DNA from: Acidimicrobiaceae bacterium
GTDB lineage: Bacteria; Actinomycetota; Acidimicrobiia; Acidimicrobiales; JAUTXP01
DNA length: 64,000 nt
Reading direction: 5' to 3'
NCBI GenBank assembly: GCA_030837965.1
Contig: JAUTXP010000014.1
Coordinates: 8,605 to 72,604, forward strand
Both the position numbers and the translations under genes were made by a program. The notes under the pieces were generated by a model. The model was given only the letters and a program-made list of their open reading frames with translations, searched no databases and was not told the origin of the DNA. Positions within the stretch are counted from its first letter, which is position 1. Each line of letters begins with the position of its first letter. Positions 48,847 to 60,085 of the stretch are shown piece by piece.

Positions 48847-49543
48847 CCAGCAGCGGGGCGATCACCAAAGCAGGCAGCATCGAGGCCACCCGAACGGGCT
48901 TCACGTCCAGCAGGCGCACACCGATCCCCATGAGCATGATCCCGCCCGCGGCGGTCATCTCGGCCACCATGCGCTCGGTCAGCACCCGGTCGGCCGCGCC
49001 CGCGCCCGCGGTCAGCCCGCCTTGCACCACGAGCACGGTAAGGGCCGAAAAGCCCACCCCGATCCCAAGGGTCGACGCGAAGACGACGGCCACCAGCCCG
49101 TCCATGGCCGCCTTCACGATCAGCTCCTGAGCACCGTGACCCAGCCCGTCGCTGATGGAGCCGAGGACGGTGAGCGGCCCGACGCAGAACACCAGGCTGG
49201 CCGACACGAAGCCCTCGACGAACGAGCCGTGCCCGCCGCCGCGCTCGCGGCCGGGCTCGTCCTCATCGGTGGCCCGGCGCCGCAACCGCTCGCCCACCGA
49301 CGCCAGCCGCTCCTCGATCCCGGTGGCCTCGCCCACCGCGGCGCCGACCACCAAAGCCACCACGGGGAACACGAAGTTGCGGGTGCGCAGGGCGTCGCTC
49401 AGGCCCAGGGCGATGGTGATCAGGCCGAGGGCGTCGAGCACGGTGGCCCGCAGCCGCTCGGGCACCCGGCGACCGGCCACCAGCCCGATGGCCGTGCCGA
49501 TGAGCACCGTCGCCACGTTGACGATCGTGCCCAGCCCCCGCAT
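48827..49543 (-). CDS. DUF554 (YqgA-like) membrane protein
   Basis: 238 aa. The hydrophobic N-terminus MRGLGTIVNVATVLIGTAIGLVAGRRVPERLR is typical of DUF554. Its 3' end overlaps the NUDIX gene by 20 nt. Confidence 0.7.
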   Translation of the reverse strand: MRGLGTIVNVATVLIGTAIGLVAGRRVPERLRATVLDALGLITIALGLSDALRTRNFVFPVVALVVGAAVGEATGIEERLASVGERLRRRATDEDEPGRERGGGHGSFVEGFVSASLVFCVGPLTVLGSISDGLGHGAQELIVKAAMDGLVAVVFASTLGIGVGFSALTVLVVQGGLTAGAGAADRVLTERMVAEMTAAGGIMLMGIGVRLLDVKPVRVASMLPALVIAPLLVSLFAR

Positions 49544-49644
49544 GGACCGACGGTAGCCCCGCCCCGCCGGGCATCTTCGGGTAAGGCAGCCGTCGGCAGT
49601 ATCCTGACCTTTTCCGGTTCGGGCGTCGGAGAGGGGTTGTCAGG

Positions 49645-50808
49645 GTGGCTGAGGTCGAGATCGGCATCGGCAAGTCGGGGCGGCAGGCGTATGGGTTCGA
49701 CGACATCGCCATCGTCCCCAGCAGGCGCACCAGGGACCCCGAAGACGTCGACATCTCCTGGGAGATCGACGCCTTCAAGTTCGAGCTGCCCCTGATCGCG
49801 GCGGCCATGGACGGCGTGGTCAGCCCGGCCACGGCCATCGAGGTCGGCCGTCTCGGCGGCCTGGCCTGCTTGAACCTCGAGGGCCTGTGGACCCGCTACG
49901 AGGACCCCGAGCCGCTGTTCGAGGAGATCGCCCAACTCGACAACGACAAGGCTACGGCCCGCATGCAGCAGATCTACTCGGAGCCCATTCAGCCCGAGTT
50001 GGTCACGCAGCGCATCCGGGAGATCAAAGAGGCAGGCGTGACGTCGTGCGCGTCGCTCACCCCCCAGCGGGTGGAGCAGTTCCAAAAGGCCATCGTCGAC
50101 GCCGAACTCGACCTGTTCATCATCCAGGGCACGGTGGTGTCGGCCGAGCACGTGTCCAAGACGGTCGAGCCCCTCAACCTCAAGAAGTTCATCCGCGAGT
50201 TCGACATCCCGGTGATCGTGGGCGGCTGTGCCTCCTACCAGGCCGCCCTCCACCTCATGCGCACCGGCGCGGTGGGCGTGCTGGTCGGTGTCGGACCCGG
50301 GAACGCCTGCACCACTCGGGGCGTGCTCGGCGTGGGCGTCCCCCAGGCCACGGCCATCGCCGACGCCGCGGGCGCCCGGATGCGCCACCTCGACGAGACC
50401 GGCGTCTACTGCCAGGTCATCGCCGACGGCGGCATGAGCAGAGGCGGCGACATCGCCAAGGCCATCGCCTGCGGGGCCGATGCGGTGATGATCGGTTCCC
50501 CGCTCACCAGTGCCCACGAGGCGCCGGGCCGGGGCTACCACTGGGGCATGGCCACCTTCCACGCCACGCTGCCTCGCGGCGCCCGGGTCAAGACGGAGAT
50601 CAGGGGCTCGCTCAAGGAGATCCTCGTCGGCCCGGCCCACGAGAACGACGGCAGGCTCAACCTGTTCGGCGCCCTCAAGACGTCGATGGCCACGTGCGGC
50701 TACGAGTCGGTCAAGGAGTTCCAGAAGGCGGAGGTCATGATCGCCCCCGCCCTCCAGACCGAGGGCAAGGCCCTCCAGCGGTCCCAACACGTCGGGATGG
50801 GCCACTAA
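49645..50808 (+). CDS. guaB3: GuaB3-type IMP dehydrogenase-related protein (no CBS domains)
   Basis: 387 aa with [20 protein letters not shown] and [24 protein letters not shown]. Confidence 0.85.
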   Translation: MAEVEIGIGKSGRQAYGFDDIAIVPSRRTRDPEDVDISWEIDAFKFELPLIAAAMDGVVSPATAIEVGRLGGLACLNLEGLWTRYEDPEPLFEEIAQLDNDKATARMQQIYSEPIQPELVTQRIREIKEAGVTSCASLTPQRVEQFQKAIVDAELDLFIIQGTVVSAEHVSKTVEPLNLKKFIREFDIPVIVGGCASYQAALHLMRTGAVGVLVGVGPGNACTTRGVLGVGVPQATAIADAAGARMRHLDETGVYCQVIADGGMSRGGDIAKAIACGADAVMIGSPLTSAHEAPGRGYHWGMATFHATLPRGARVKTEIRGSLKEILVGPAHENDGRLNLFGALKTSMATCGYESVKEFQKAEVMIAPALQTEGKALQRSQHVGMGH

Positions 50809-50866
50809 CGCCCGAACTGCTTACTCAGGCCACGTCCAGCCGGACCGTGCTGCGGTAGTTTGGGCC

Positions 50867-52411
50867 ATGCCTTCTGAGGACCCGTTCGATACCATCCTCG
50901 TCGTCGACTTCGGCGCGCAGTACGCCCAGCTCATCGCCCGCCGAGTGCGCGAGGCGCACGTGTATTCCGAGATCGTGCCCCACACCATGTCCGCGGCCGA
51001 GATGCTGGCCCGCAGACCCAAGGCCATCATCCTGAGCGGCGGGCCCAAGTCGGTCCTGGAGGAGGGCGCGCCGTCGCTGGACACGGGCGTCTACCAGGCG
51101 GGCGTCCCCGTCCTCGGTATCTGTTACGGCGCCCAACTGGTGGCCCAGCAACTGGGCGGCGAGGTGGCCCACACCGGACGGGGCGAGTACGGGCGCACGC
51201 CGTTGTCGGTCGTGGGCTCGTCACTCCTGTTCACCGACCTGCCCACGGAGCAGGACGTGTGGATGAGCCACTTCGTCTCGATCGTGGCCGCCCCCGCAGG
51301 CTTCCACGTCACGGCCCGCACGCCCGAGGCCCCGGTGGCGGCGTTGGAGGACCCGGACCGTCGCATCTACGGCGTGCAGTTCCACCCCGAGGTCATACAC
51401 ACGGCCCGCGGCCAAGAGGTGCTCAAGCACTTCTTGTACGACGTGGCCGGCTGTCGGCCCACGTGGACCATGTCGTCCATCATCGAGCAGTCGGTCGCCG
51501 CGGTGCGCGAGCAGGTCGGGTCCGAGAAGGTGATCTGCGGGCTGTCAGGTGGGGTCGACTCGGCCGTGGCCGCGGCCTTGGTGCACAAGGCCATCGGCCC
51601 CCAGTTGACGTGCGTGTTCGTGGACACCGGCCTCATGCGGGCGGGCGAGGCCGAGCAGGTGGAGCAGACGTTTCGCAACCAGTTCCAGATCGACTTGGTG
51701 CACGTGAAGGCGGCCGACCGCTTCCTCGAAGCGCTCAACGACATCCAGGACCCGGAGCGCAAGCGCAAGATCATCGGCGAGACGTTCATCCGGGTGTTCG
51801 AGGAGGTGGCCGCCGACTTCGAGGACGCCCGCTTCCTGGTGCAGGGCACGCTGTATCCCGACATCATCGAGTCCGGCACCAAGGACGCGGCCAAGATCAA
51901 GTCGCACCACAACGTGGGCGGCCTGCCCGACGATATGCAGTTCTCGTTGGTCGAGCCGTTGCGCAACCTGTTCAAGGACGAGGTGCGGGCGGTCGGCGAG
52001 GAGTTGGGCCTGCCCGAGGAGATCGTGTGGCGCCAACCCTTCCCCGGCCCCGGGCTGGGCGTGCGCATCGTCGGCACCATCACCCGGGAGCGGGTCGAGA
52101 TTCTGCGGGCGGCCGACGCCATCGTCACCGAGGAGATCAAGCGGGCCGGGCTGTACCGGTCGTTGTGGCAGTCGTTCGCGGTGCTGCCCGCGGTGCGCAC
52201 GGTCGGCGTCATGGGCGATGAGCGGACGTACGCGTACCCCATCGTCATCCGGGCTGTCACGTCCGACGACGCCATGACCGCGGACTGGGCCCGCCTGCCC
52301 TACGAGGTGCTGGAGCGCCTGTCGAGCCGGATCATCAACGAGGTGCCCGGGGTGAACCGGGTGGCATTCGACATCACGTCGAAGCCCCCCGGCACCATCG
52401 AGTGGGAGTGA
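50867..52411 (+). CDS. guaA: GMP synthase (glutamine-hydrolysing)
   Basis: 514 aa with [13 protein letters not shown], the ATP-PPase loop GLSGGVDS and a C-terminal PPGTIEWE. Confidence 0.97.
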   Translation: MPSEDPFDTILVVDFGAQYAQLIARRVREAHVYSEIVPHTMSAAEMLARRPKAIILSGGPKSVLEEGAPSLDTGVYQAGVPVLGICYGAQLVAQQLGGEVAHTGRGEYGRTPLSVVGSSLLFTDLPTEQDVWMSHFVSIVAAPAGFHVTARTPEAPVAALEDPDRRIYGVQFHPEVIHTARGQEVLKHFLYDVAGCRPTWTMSSIIEQSVAAVREQVGSEKVICGLSGGVDSAVAAALVHKAIGPQLTCVFVDTGLMRAGEAEQVEQTFRNQFQIDLVHVKAADRFLEALNDIQDPERKRKIIGETFIRVFEEVAADFEDARFLVQGTLYPDIIESGTKDAAKIKSHHNVGGLPDDMQFSLVEPLRNLFKDEVRAVGEELGLPEEIVWRQPFPGPGLGVRIVGTITRERVEILRAADAIVTEEIKRAGLYRSLWQSFAVLPAVRTVGVMGDERTYAYPIVIRAVTSDDAMTADWARLPYEVLERLSSRIINEVPGVNRVAFDITSKPPGTIEWE

Positions 52412-52439
52412 CCCCGCCCCCCCGCCCCCCTTTGCCGGA

Positions 52440-52482
52440 CTGGAGGACATAGCCACCCGATAGGTGGGTCTATGTCCTCCAG
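52440..52482. repeat. Hairpin repeat family B, copy 2
   Basis: It has the same outer arms as copy 1 (CTGGAGGACATAG / CTATGTCCTCCAG) but a different inner stem (CCACC...GGTGG) with a bulge. It is preceded by CCCCCCTTT. Confidence 0.85.
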
Positions 52483-52547
52483 ACGGGAAGGCCCGGGGGC
52501 TCCGCGCGGGCCCGTCGGGTCGACCGTTCATGTCATAGGCCGCCGGT

Positions 52548-54794
52548 ATGGTGGACACGGCCATGACCGTGTTGCCCTCCACCTCGTCCGCGGCCTCGCC
52601 GAGCCCGCCGGCCGGCTCGGTGGACGAGCTGCTGGACGACCTCAACCCGGTCCAGCAAGAGGCGGTGGCCCACGACACTGGCCCCCTGTTAATCGTGGCC
52701 GGCGCGGGCTCGGGCAAGACCCGGGTCCTCACCCGGCGCATCGCCTACCTCATCAGAGGCGGCGTCAGCCCGTTCGAGATCCTGGCCATCACCTTCACCA
52801 ACAAGTCGGCCGACGAGATGAAGCAGCGGGTCGCCGCCCTCGTGGGCCCGGTGGCCCAGCGAATGTGGGTGTCCACCTTCCACTCCGCATGCGTTCGCAT
52901 CCTGCGGCGCGACGCTGAGCGCCTGGGCTACAAGAAGTCCTTCACCATCTACGACCAGGCCGACGCCCTGCGCCTCACCGGCTACGTCCTGCGGGACCTC
53001 AACATCGACCAGAAACGCATGCCCCCCCGGCAGGTGCACGGGGCCATCAGCCAGGCCAAGAACGAGCTGGTCGACTTTGACACCTACAAGGCCCGGGCCA
53101 AGACCATCTTCGAGCGGCGCATCGGCGACGTCTACGCCGAGTACCAGAAGCGGCTGCATGCGGCCAGCGCCATGGACTTCGACGACCTGCTGATGCTGAC
53201 GGTCAACCTGCTCCAAATGTGCCCGGACGTGCTCGAGCACTACAGGAACCGCTTCAAGCACCTGCTGGTCGACGAGTACCAGGACACCAACACGGCCCAG
53301 AACGAGCTGGTGATCCTGTTGGGCCGCGAGCACGGCAACGTGTGTGTGGTGGGCGACTCGGACCAGAGCGTCTACCGCTTCCGCGGCGCCGACATCCGCA
53401 ACATCCTCGAGTTCGAGAACGCCTTCCCGGACGCCACCACCATCGTGTTGGAGCAGAACTACCGCTCCACCCAGACCATCCTCGACGCGGCCAACGCCGT
53501 CATCGCCAACAACGCCATGCGCAAGCCCAAGGCGCTGTGGACCGAGCAGGTCGGCGGCGAGCTCATCACCCGCTACCACGCCGAGGACGAGCATGACGAG
53601 GCCGCCTTCGTCTGCCACGAGATGGAGCGCCAGCACGGCCACGGCACCACGTGGGGCGACATCGCCGTCTTCTATCGCACCAACGCCCAGAGCCGGTCGG
53701 TGGAAGAGGAGCTGGTCCGCCGCAACATCCCCTACAAGGTGGTGGGCGGGACCAAGTTCTACGACCGGCGTGAGGTCAAGGACGTGCTGGCCTACGTGCG
53801 GGCCGTCGTCAACCCCATCGACGAGGTGTCGCTGAAGCGGGTCGTCAACGTGCCCAAGCGGGGCGTGGGCGACACCAGCATCGGCAGGCTCGACGCGTGG
53901 GCCGCGTCCCACGGCATGTCCTTCGGGCAGGCCATCCTCGACCCCGAGCGGGCAGGCGTCACCGGCCGGGCCCTGGGCGGGATCAAGGAGCTGCTCTCCC
54001 TGCTCGACGAGCTGCGCCAGATCGACAAGCCTGCCGATCTGCTCGAGGCGGTCATCTCCCGCACCGGCTACGCGGCCGAGTTGGAGGCCGAGCGCACCAT
54101 CGAGGCCGCGGGCAGGCTGGAGAACATCAACGAGCTGGTGGGCCATGCCCGCGAGTACGACACGCTCGACGCCTTCTTGGAGGCGGTGTCGCTGGTGGCC
54201 GACTCGGACGAGGTGCCGGACGCCGACGACTCCAAGGTCGTGCTCATGACCCTGCACACGGCCAAGGGCCTGGAGTTCCCTGTCGTGTTCCTGGTCGGCA
54301 TGGAGGACGGCGTGTTCCCCCACCTGCGCTCGCTGGGCGAGCCCGACGAGCTGGAGGAGGAGCGCCGCCTCTGTTACGTGGGCATCACCCGCGCCCGCGA
54401 GCGGCTGTACCTCACCCACGCCTGGTGCCGAACGCTGTGGGGGTCGACCCAGTACAACCCGCCAAGCCGGTTCTTGAAGGAGATCCCCGAGCACCTGACC
54501 CGGCTGGTGGAGGGGGGCCGCAACCAGGGCGGCGCGCCCAAGGCGGGAGGCAGGGCCGGGATCGTGGAGGCGGCCATCCGCGGCAGCCTGCACGGGCCGG
54601 CCACACCGGCCCGGACCACGGGCGCCGAGGAGCTGGGGCTCAGGGCCGGGGAGGACGTGGTCCACGGCAAGTGGGGCGAGGGCGTGGTGCTGGAGATCAT
54701 CGGCTCGGGCGACAAGGCCGAGGCCGTGGTGCGGTTCCCCGGCGTGGGCGAGAAGCGGCTGCTCCTCGCATGGGCCCCGCTCAAGAAGGCCTGA
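52548..54794 (+). CDS. pcrA: ATP-dependent DNA helicase PcrA/UvrD
   Basis: 748 aa with AGAGSGKTRVLT, VDEYQDTN, VGDSDQSVYRFRGA, TLHTAKGLEFPVVF and YVGITRA. Confidence 0.93.
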   Translation: MVDTAMTVLPSTSSAASPSPPAGSVDELLDDLNPVQQEAVAHDTGPLLIVAGAGSGKTRVLTRRIAYLIRGGVSPFEILAITFTNKSADEMKQRVAALVGPVAQRMWVSTFHSACVRILRRDAERLGYKKSFTIYDQADALRLTGYVLRDLNIDQKRMPPRQVHGAISQAKNELVDFDTYKARAKTIFERRIGDVYAEYQKRLHAASAMDFDDLLMLTVNLLQMCPDVLEHYRNRFKHLLVDEYQDTNTAQNELVILLGREHGNVCVVGDSDQSVYRFRGADIRNILEFENAFPDATTIVLEQNYRSTQTILDAANAVIANNAMRKPKALWTEQVGGELITRYHAEDEHDEAAFVCHEMERQHGHGTTWGDIAVFYRTNAQSRSVEEELVRRNIPYKVVGGTKFYDRREVKDVLAYVRAVVNPIDEVSLKRVVNVPKRGVGDTSIGRLDAWAASHGMSFGQAILDPERAGVTGRALGGIKELLSLLDELRQIDKPADLLEAVISRTGYAAELEAERTIEAAGRLENINELVGHAREYDTLDAFLEAVSLVADSDEVPDADDSKVVLMTLHTAKGLEFPVVFLVGMEDGVFPHLRSLGEPDELEEERRLCYVGITRARERLYLTHAWCRTLWGSTQYNPPSRFLKEIPEHLTRLVEGGRNQGGAPKAGGRAGIVEAAIRGSLHGPATPARTTGAEELGLRAGEDVVHGKWGEGVVLEIIGSGDKAEAVVRFPGVGEKRLLLAWAPLKKA

Positions 54795-54856
54795 CCCACC
54801 GCCGCCCCCGATCACGATGTCCGCCGGGCGTGCCCTTCCGGGGTAGACAAAGCGGC

Positions 54857-55546
54857 ATGCACTTCCCGTCGGAGGGCGAGCTGATCCTGCGCATCCTCGT
54901 GGCCGCGCTGTTGGGCGGGGTCATCGGCATGGAGCGCGAGCTCTCAGACCATCCCGCGGGCCTGCGCACCCACATCGCCTTGGCCCTGGGCGCGTCGCTG
55001 TTCGGCGTGCTGTCGGGCTACGGGTTCAGGGAATTCAACGCGTCGAGGACGGTGACCAACTACCAGGTCGACCCCACCCGCGTGGCGTCCACCATGGTCA
55101 CTGGCATCGGCTTTTTGGGCGGCGGCGCCATCCTCAAGGAGGGGGCCAAGGTCAGGGGCCTCACCACCGCGGCCAGCCTGTGGGTCACGGCCGCCATCGG
55201 CCTGGCCTGCGCCTTGGGGGAGTTCGGATTGGCCGTGGCCACCACCGCGGTCGTCGTGCTCAGCCTCACCGTGCTGCGCCGCCCCCAGCGCTGGCCCGTG
55301 TTCCGCAGGCTGGCCATGGCCAACGAGACGGTGGTCATCCGGGTGAAGGCGGGCCGCGACGCCGGGCCTGTGGTCTCCGCCCTCAACGGCATCGAGGGCA
55401 TGAGCGTGCGATCGCTCATCGTGCGCGACCGTGACGGCGAGAAGGTGGTGCAGGCCGACCTGGTGGGGTCCGGCGGGTTCGGCTTGGAGGAGCTGCTGAC
55501 GCCCATCGGCCAGCGCGACGACGTCGACACCCTCGAAATCAGCTAA
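54857..55546 (+). CDS. mgtC: MgtC/SapB family membrane protein
   Basis: ATG 54857 within ORF 53897..55546. It has RILVAALLGGVIGMERE and a C-terminal ACT-like part. Confidence 0.85.
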   Translation: MHFPSEGELILRILVAALLGGVIGMERELSDHPAGLRTHIALALGASLFGVLSGYGFREFNASRTVTNYQVDPTRVASTMVTGIGFLGGGAILKEGAKVRGLTTAASLWVTAAIGLACALGEFGLAVATTAVVVLSLTVLRRPQRWPVFRRLAMANETVVIRVKAGRDAGPVVSALNGIEGMSVRSLIVRDRDGEKVVQADLVGSGGFGLEELLTPIGQRDDVDTLEIS

Positions 55547-55554
55547 CCCCCGAA

Positions 55555-55585
55555 CTTTTCCACAGCACCTGCTGCTGTGGAAAAG
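55555..55585. repeat. Hairpin repeat family A, copy 5
   Basis: CTTTTCCACAGCA-CCTGC-TGCTGTGGAAAAG, between convergent genes. Confidence 0.9.
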
Positions 55586-55616
55586 CGCGGGGGTCTGCCG
55601 CACATGGGGCAATTGG

Positions 55617-56099
55617 CTAGTCGGGGATAGGCGATCTGAGATCGACGAACAGCACCAGACCAGCCTTCTTCTGCCGCTTGATCTCAGTGGGATAGTGGGT
55701 AAGGCCCGGGCCCTCCGGTCCGTACATCGCATGGCTGCATTCGTCTTCGAACACGCCGCGGTCCTGGTGCCAGATGACGTGGCATGTGGGATCGGCCCCG
55801 GGACTTTGGGCCTCGAAGGCCAGCCAACCGGTGGTGGCGTCGTCGCCGACGTGCTGGACGAACAGGTTTCGGCCCCGCCTCTTCAGCGCGTCGGCGAACA
55901 GGAGGGGGCCGTCCCTGTCGATGAGCGGGGCCAATCGGCGGACCTGACCCACCTCGAACGTCGTGTCGCCCAGGTGCACCTTGGCGTCAGGGGAGGACGA
56001 CAGACGCAGGACGAAGGCCACCAGCAGTGCTGCGGTCAAGGCCAGCAGGGCGCTGGCGACGACCGCCGTCTTGAGGGTCGACCGGGGCCGGCGCCCCAT
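55617..56099 (-). CDS. Membrane-anchored hypothetical protein
   Basis: From ORF 55617..56120. ATG 56099 is preferred; GTG 56120 would overlap the upstream stop. It has a single TM helix (VVASALLALTAALLVAFVL). No family recognised. Confidence 0.55.
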   Translation of the reverse strand: MGRRPRSTLKTAVVASALLALTAALLVAFVLRLSSSPDAKVHLGDTTFEVGQVRRLAPLIDRDGPLLFADALKRRGRNLFVQHVGDDATTGWLAFEAQSPGADPTCHVIWHQDRGVFEDECSHAMYGPEGPGLTHYPTEIKRQKKAGLVLFVDLRSPIPD

Positions 56100-56107
56100 C
56101 CCCGCTG

Positions 56108-57541
56108 TCACCGCAGCCACCGTTGCGTGGCCGCGTCGAAGCGACGCAGCCGGTCGCCGGGCACGGCCTCGTCCAGCGCCCGCTCCACCGCGCCGGACAC
56201 GGCGTCGACATCGCCGTCGGGCAGCACGCCGTCAGCGATGCCCAGGTCCACCATGTCCGCGGGCTGAAGCCGCAGGTCGCGGGCCCTGGCCGGCGCCGCC
56301 GCGGTGTCCCTGTCCAGGATGGCGGCCGCCCCCTCGGGCCGCATGACGGACAGCACCGAGCCGTCGAGCAGGTAGAGGCGGTCGGCCACGGCCACGGCCA
56401 GCGCCCCACCGCTGCCGCCCTCGCCGACCACGACCGACACGCTGGGCGTCGACAGACCGGCCATGGCCGAGAAGGTGCGGGCGATCTCCTGGGCGATGCC
56501 CCGCGACTCTGAGCGGGGCGCGGCGTCGGCCCCCGGCGTGTCGACGAGGGTCAGCACGGGCAGGCCGAGTCGGTCGGCCAGAGCGAAGGCCCGCTGCGCC
56601 AGCCGGTAGCCCGCGGGCAGCGGCGCCCCCCGCTCCATGGCCACGACGACCACCCGCCTCCCGCTGGCGCGCAGCGACGCCAGGCCCGCCACGAAGGCCG
56701 GGTCGGCCCCGTGCAGGGGCACCCACGACCGGGTCAGGGCCGCGGCCCACGCGCACCCGCTCGGCCGGTCCTCGGCCCGGCTGCGCAACACGTTGGCCCA
56801 CGCGCCCGCGCCCGCGGCCCCGCCTTCCGCGGCCCCGCCCCCCCCCCCCGCTTCCCCGTTCTTGTCATCCGCCCACGCCTGCGAATCGAACTGAGCCTGC
56901 CAAGAAGCGGGCGCGGGGCGGTCGCGCAGGCCGAGGACGGCCTCGACCCACTGGGCCTGTCGGGCCGGGTCGGCCTCCACTACCTCGTCCACCAGTCCCG
57001 CGGCATACGCGGCCTCGGCCGTGTGCGACCCCGGCGGCAGGGGCCGGCCCGTGGTCAGCTCCACGACCCGCGGCCCGGCGAAGCCGATAGTTGCCCCCGC
57101 CACCGCGCCCCGAATGTCGGCCAGTGACGAGTACGAGGCCAGCACGCCGCCCGTGGTGGGCGACCGGTGCAGTGCCACCGACAACAGGCCCGCTTCGGCA
57201 TGGGCCCTGGCCGCGGCCGCCGTTCTGGCCATCTGGATGAGCGAGACCATGCCCTCCTGCATGCGGGCCCCGCCCGACGTGGTCACCACCACCACCGGCA
57301 GGCCCAGGTCCACGGCCCGTCGATAGGCCCGCACCACCCGCTCCCCGTGGGCCGCGCCCATGGACCCGCCCATCACGTCGAAGCGGCCCTGGATGAGGGC
57401 GTAGCCCAACGCCGTGCGCCCGGTCACGACCGACTCGGCGTCGTCCGGCGGGTCGTAGCCGGGGAAGCCGAGGGGGTCGGCGCCGCGGAGGCCCGCGTCC
57501 CATTCCTCGTCCAGTGGGTGGAGGAGGTCGGCTAGGGCCAT
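56108..57541 (-). CDS. Fused AccD-like/AccA-like carboxyltransferase (acetyl-CoA carboxylase CT beta+alpha in one chain)
   Basis: ATG 57541 within ORF 56108..57940. The N-terminal half is AccD-like (RFDVMGGSMGAAHGE...TSGGARMQEG...LIQMA). The C-terminal half is AccA-like (GYRLAQRAF...VDTPGADA...VVGEGGSGGALA). A Gly/Ala linker joins them. Confidence 0.8.
   Translation of the reverse strand: MALADLLHPLDEEWDAGLRGADPLGFPGYDPPDDAESVVTGRTALGYALIQGRFDVMGGSMGAAHGERVVRAYRRAVDLGLPVVVVTTSGGARMQEGMVSLIQMARTAAAARAHAEAGLLSVALHRSPTTGGVLASYSSLADIRGAVAGATIGFAGPRVVELTTGRPLPPGSHTAEAAYAAGLVDEVVEADPARQAQWVEAVLGLRDRPAPASWQAQFDSQAWADDKNGEAGGGGGAAEGGAAGAGAWANVLRSRAEDRPSGCAWAAALTRSWVPLHGADPAFVAGLASLRASGRRVVVVAMERGAPLPAGYRLAQRAFALADRLGLPVLTLVDTPGADAAPRSESRGIAQEIARTFSAMAGLSTPSVSVVVGEGGSGGALAVAVADRLYLLDGSVLSVMRPEGAAAILDRDTAAAPARARDLRLQPADMVDLGIADGVLPDGDVDAVSGAVERALDEAVPGDRLRRFDAATQRWLR
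56838..56849 (-). repeat. Homopolymer: 12 consecutive C (G12 on the coding strand)
   Basis: Seen directly. It encodes the GGGGG part of the linker between the two carboxyltransferase halves. Confidence 0.9.
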
Positions 57542-57571
57542 GGCGAGCCGGAACCGTAGTATCTCGACCCC

Positions 57572-57979
57572 GTGAACCGTCCCTATCGCGTGGTCGTCGC
57601 CAAGCCCGGTCTCGACGGCCATGACCGTGGCGCCAAGGTCATCGCCCGAGCCCTGCGGGATGCTGGCTTCGAGGTCATCTACACCGGCCTGCACCAGACC
57701 CCCGAGCAGGTCGTGGAGGCGGTCATCCAAGAAGACGCCGACGCCGTGGGCCTGTCGCTCCTGTCCGGCGCCCATATGACCCTGGTGCCGAAGGTGGTGC
57801 AGCTCCTGCACGACCGCGACGCCGACGACGTGCTGGTGATGTGCGGCGGGATCATCCCCGACGCCGACATACCCAAGCTCAAAGAGGCGGGGGTGGCCGC
57901 CTGCTTCACGCCCGGCACGCCCCTCCCCGAGATTTCCCAATGGCTCGAACGAGCCCTCGACGAACGCGAAGCCAGCTAG
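57572..57979 (+). CDS. Stand-alone cobalamin (B12)-binding domain protein (acyl-CoA mutase small subunit-like)
   Basis: 135 aa. It has [33 protein letters not shown] (DxHxxG motif) and GGIIP. Confidence 0.85.
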   Translation: MNRPYRVVVAKPGLDGHDRGAKVIARALRDAGFEVIYTGLHQTPEQVVEAVIQEDADAVGLSLLSGAHMTLVPKVVQLLHDRDADDVLVMCGGIIPDADIPKLKEAGVAACFTPGTPLPEISQWLERALDEREAS

Positions 57980-57987
57980 GAGAACGA

Positions 57988-59138
<1,151 letters not shown>

Positions 59139-59142
<4 letters not shown>

Positions 59143-60023
59143 GCGTCTTCGTCGACCAGTCGACCAAGGTCATCGTCCAGGGCCTGACCGGTTCGCAGGG
59201 CAAGTTCCACGGCTTGCGCAACAAGGCCTACGGCACCCAGGTCGTGGGCGGGGTCACGCCGGGCAAGGGCGGCCAGGACGTGGAGGGCGTGCCCGTGTTC
59301 GACTCGTGCGAGGACGCCGTGCGCCAGACCGGGGCCAACGCCTCGTTCGTGGCCGTGCCGCCGAAGGCCGCGCCCGACGCCATCCTCCAGGCCGCGGCCG
59401 CGGGCATTCCGTTCGTGGTCTGCATCACCGAGGGCATCCCGGCCCAGGACGAGGCCCGGGTCTTCAACGTGTTGTTGCGGGACTATCCCGGCACTCGGCT
59501 GCTCGGCCCCAACTGCCCTGGGATCATCAGCCCCGGCAAGTGCAACATCGGCATCACCCCCGGCGAGATCGCCGAGCCGGGCGGGCCGGTGGGCATCGTG
59601 AGTCGGTCGGGCACCCTCACCTATCAGGCCCTGTACGAGTTGAAGCAGAAGGGCATCGGCGTGACGACGTGCGTGGGCATCGGCGGCGACCCTGTTCCGG
59701 GCACGTCGTTCATCGACTGCCTCCAAGCCTTCGAGGCCGACCCTGACACCAAGGCCGTGATCATGTTCGGCGAGATCGGCGGGTCCGCGGAGGAGGAGGC
59801 GGCCGAGTTCATCGCCAAGGAGATGAGCAAGCCGGTGGTGGCGTACGTGGCGGGCGTGACGGCGCCGCCGGGCAAGAAGATGGGCCACGCGGGCGCCATC
59901 ATCTCCGGCTCCAAGGGCACGGCCCAGGCCAAGATGGACGCGCTGCGGGCCGCGGGCGTGCAGGTCGGGCTCAACCCGACCGAGGCGGGCGACCTGATGG
60001 CGGAGGTCGTCAAGTCGTTGTAG
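59139..60023 (+). CDS. sucD: Succinate--CoA ligase subunit alpha
   Basis: ATG 59139, in an ATGA overlap with sucC. It has VIVQGLTGSQG, SRSGTLTYQ and GHAGAIISG. Confidence 0.96.
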
Positions 60024-60085
60024 CGCTGGTCGCCAGCCGGGTCGACGGTCATCTGTTCGAAGACGGGCCGCCGCTCGTCGCCGCG

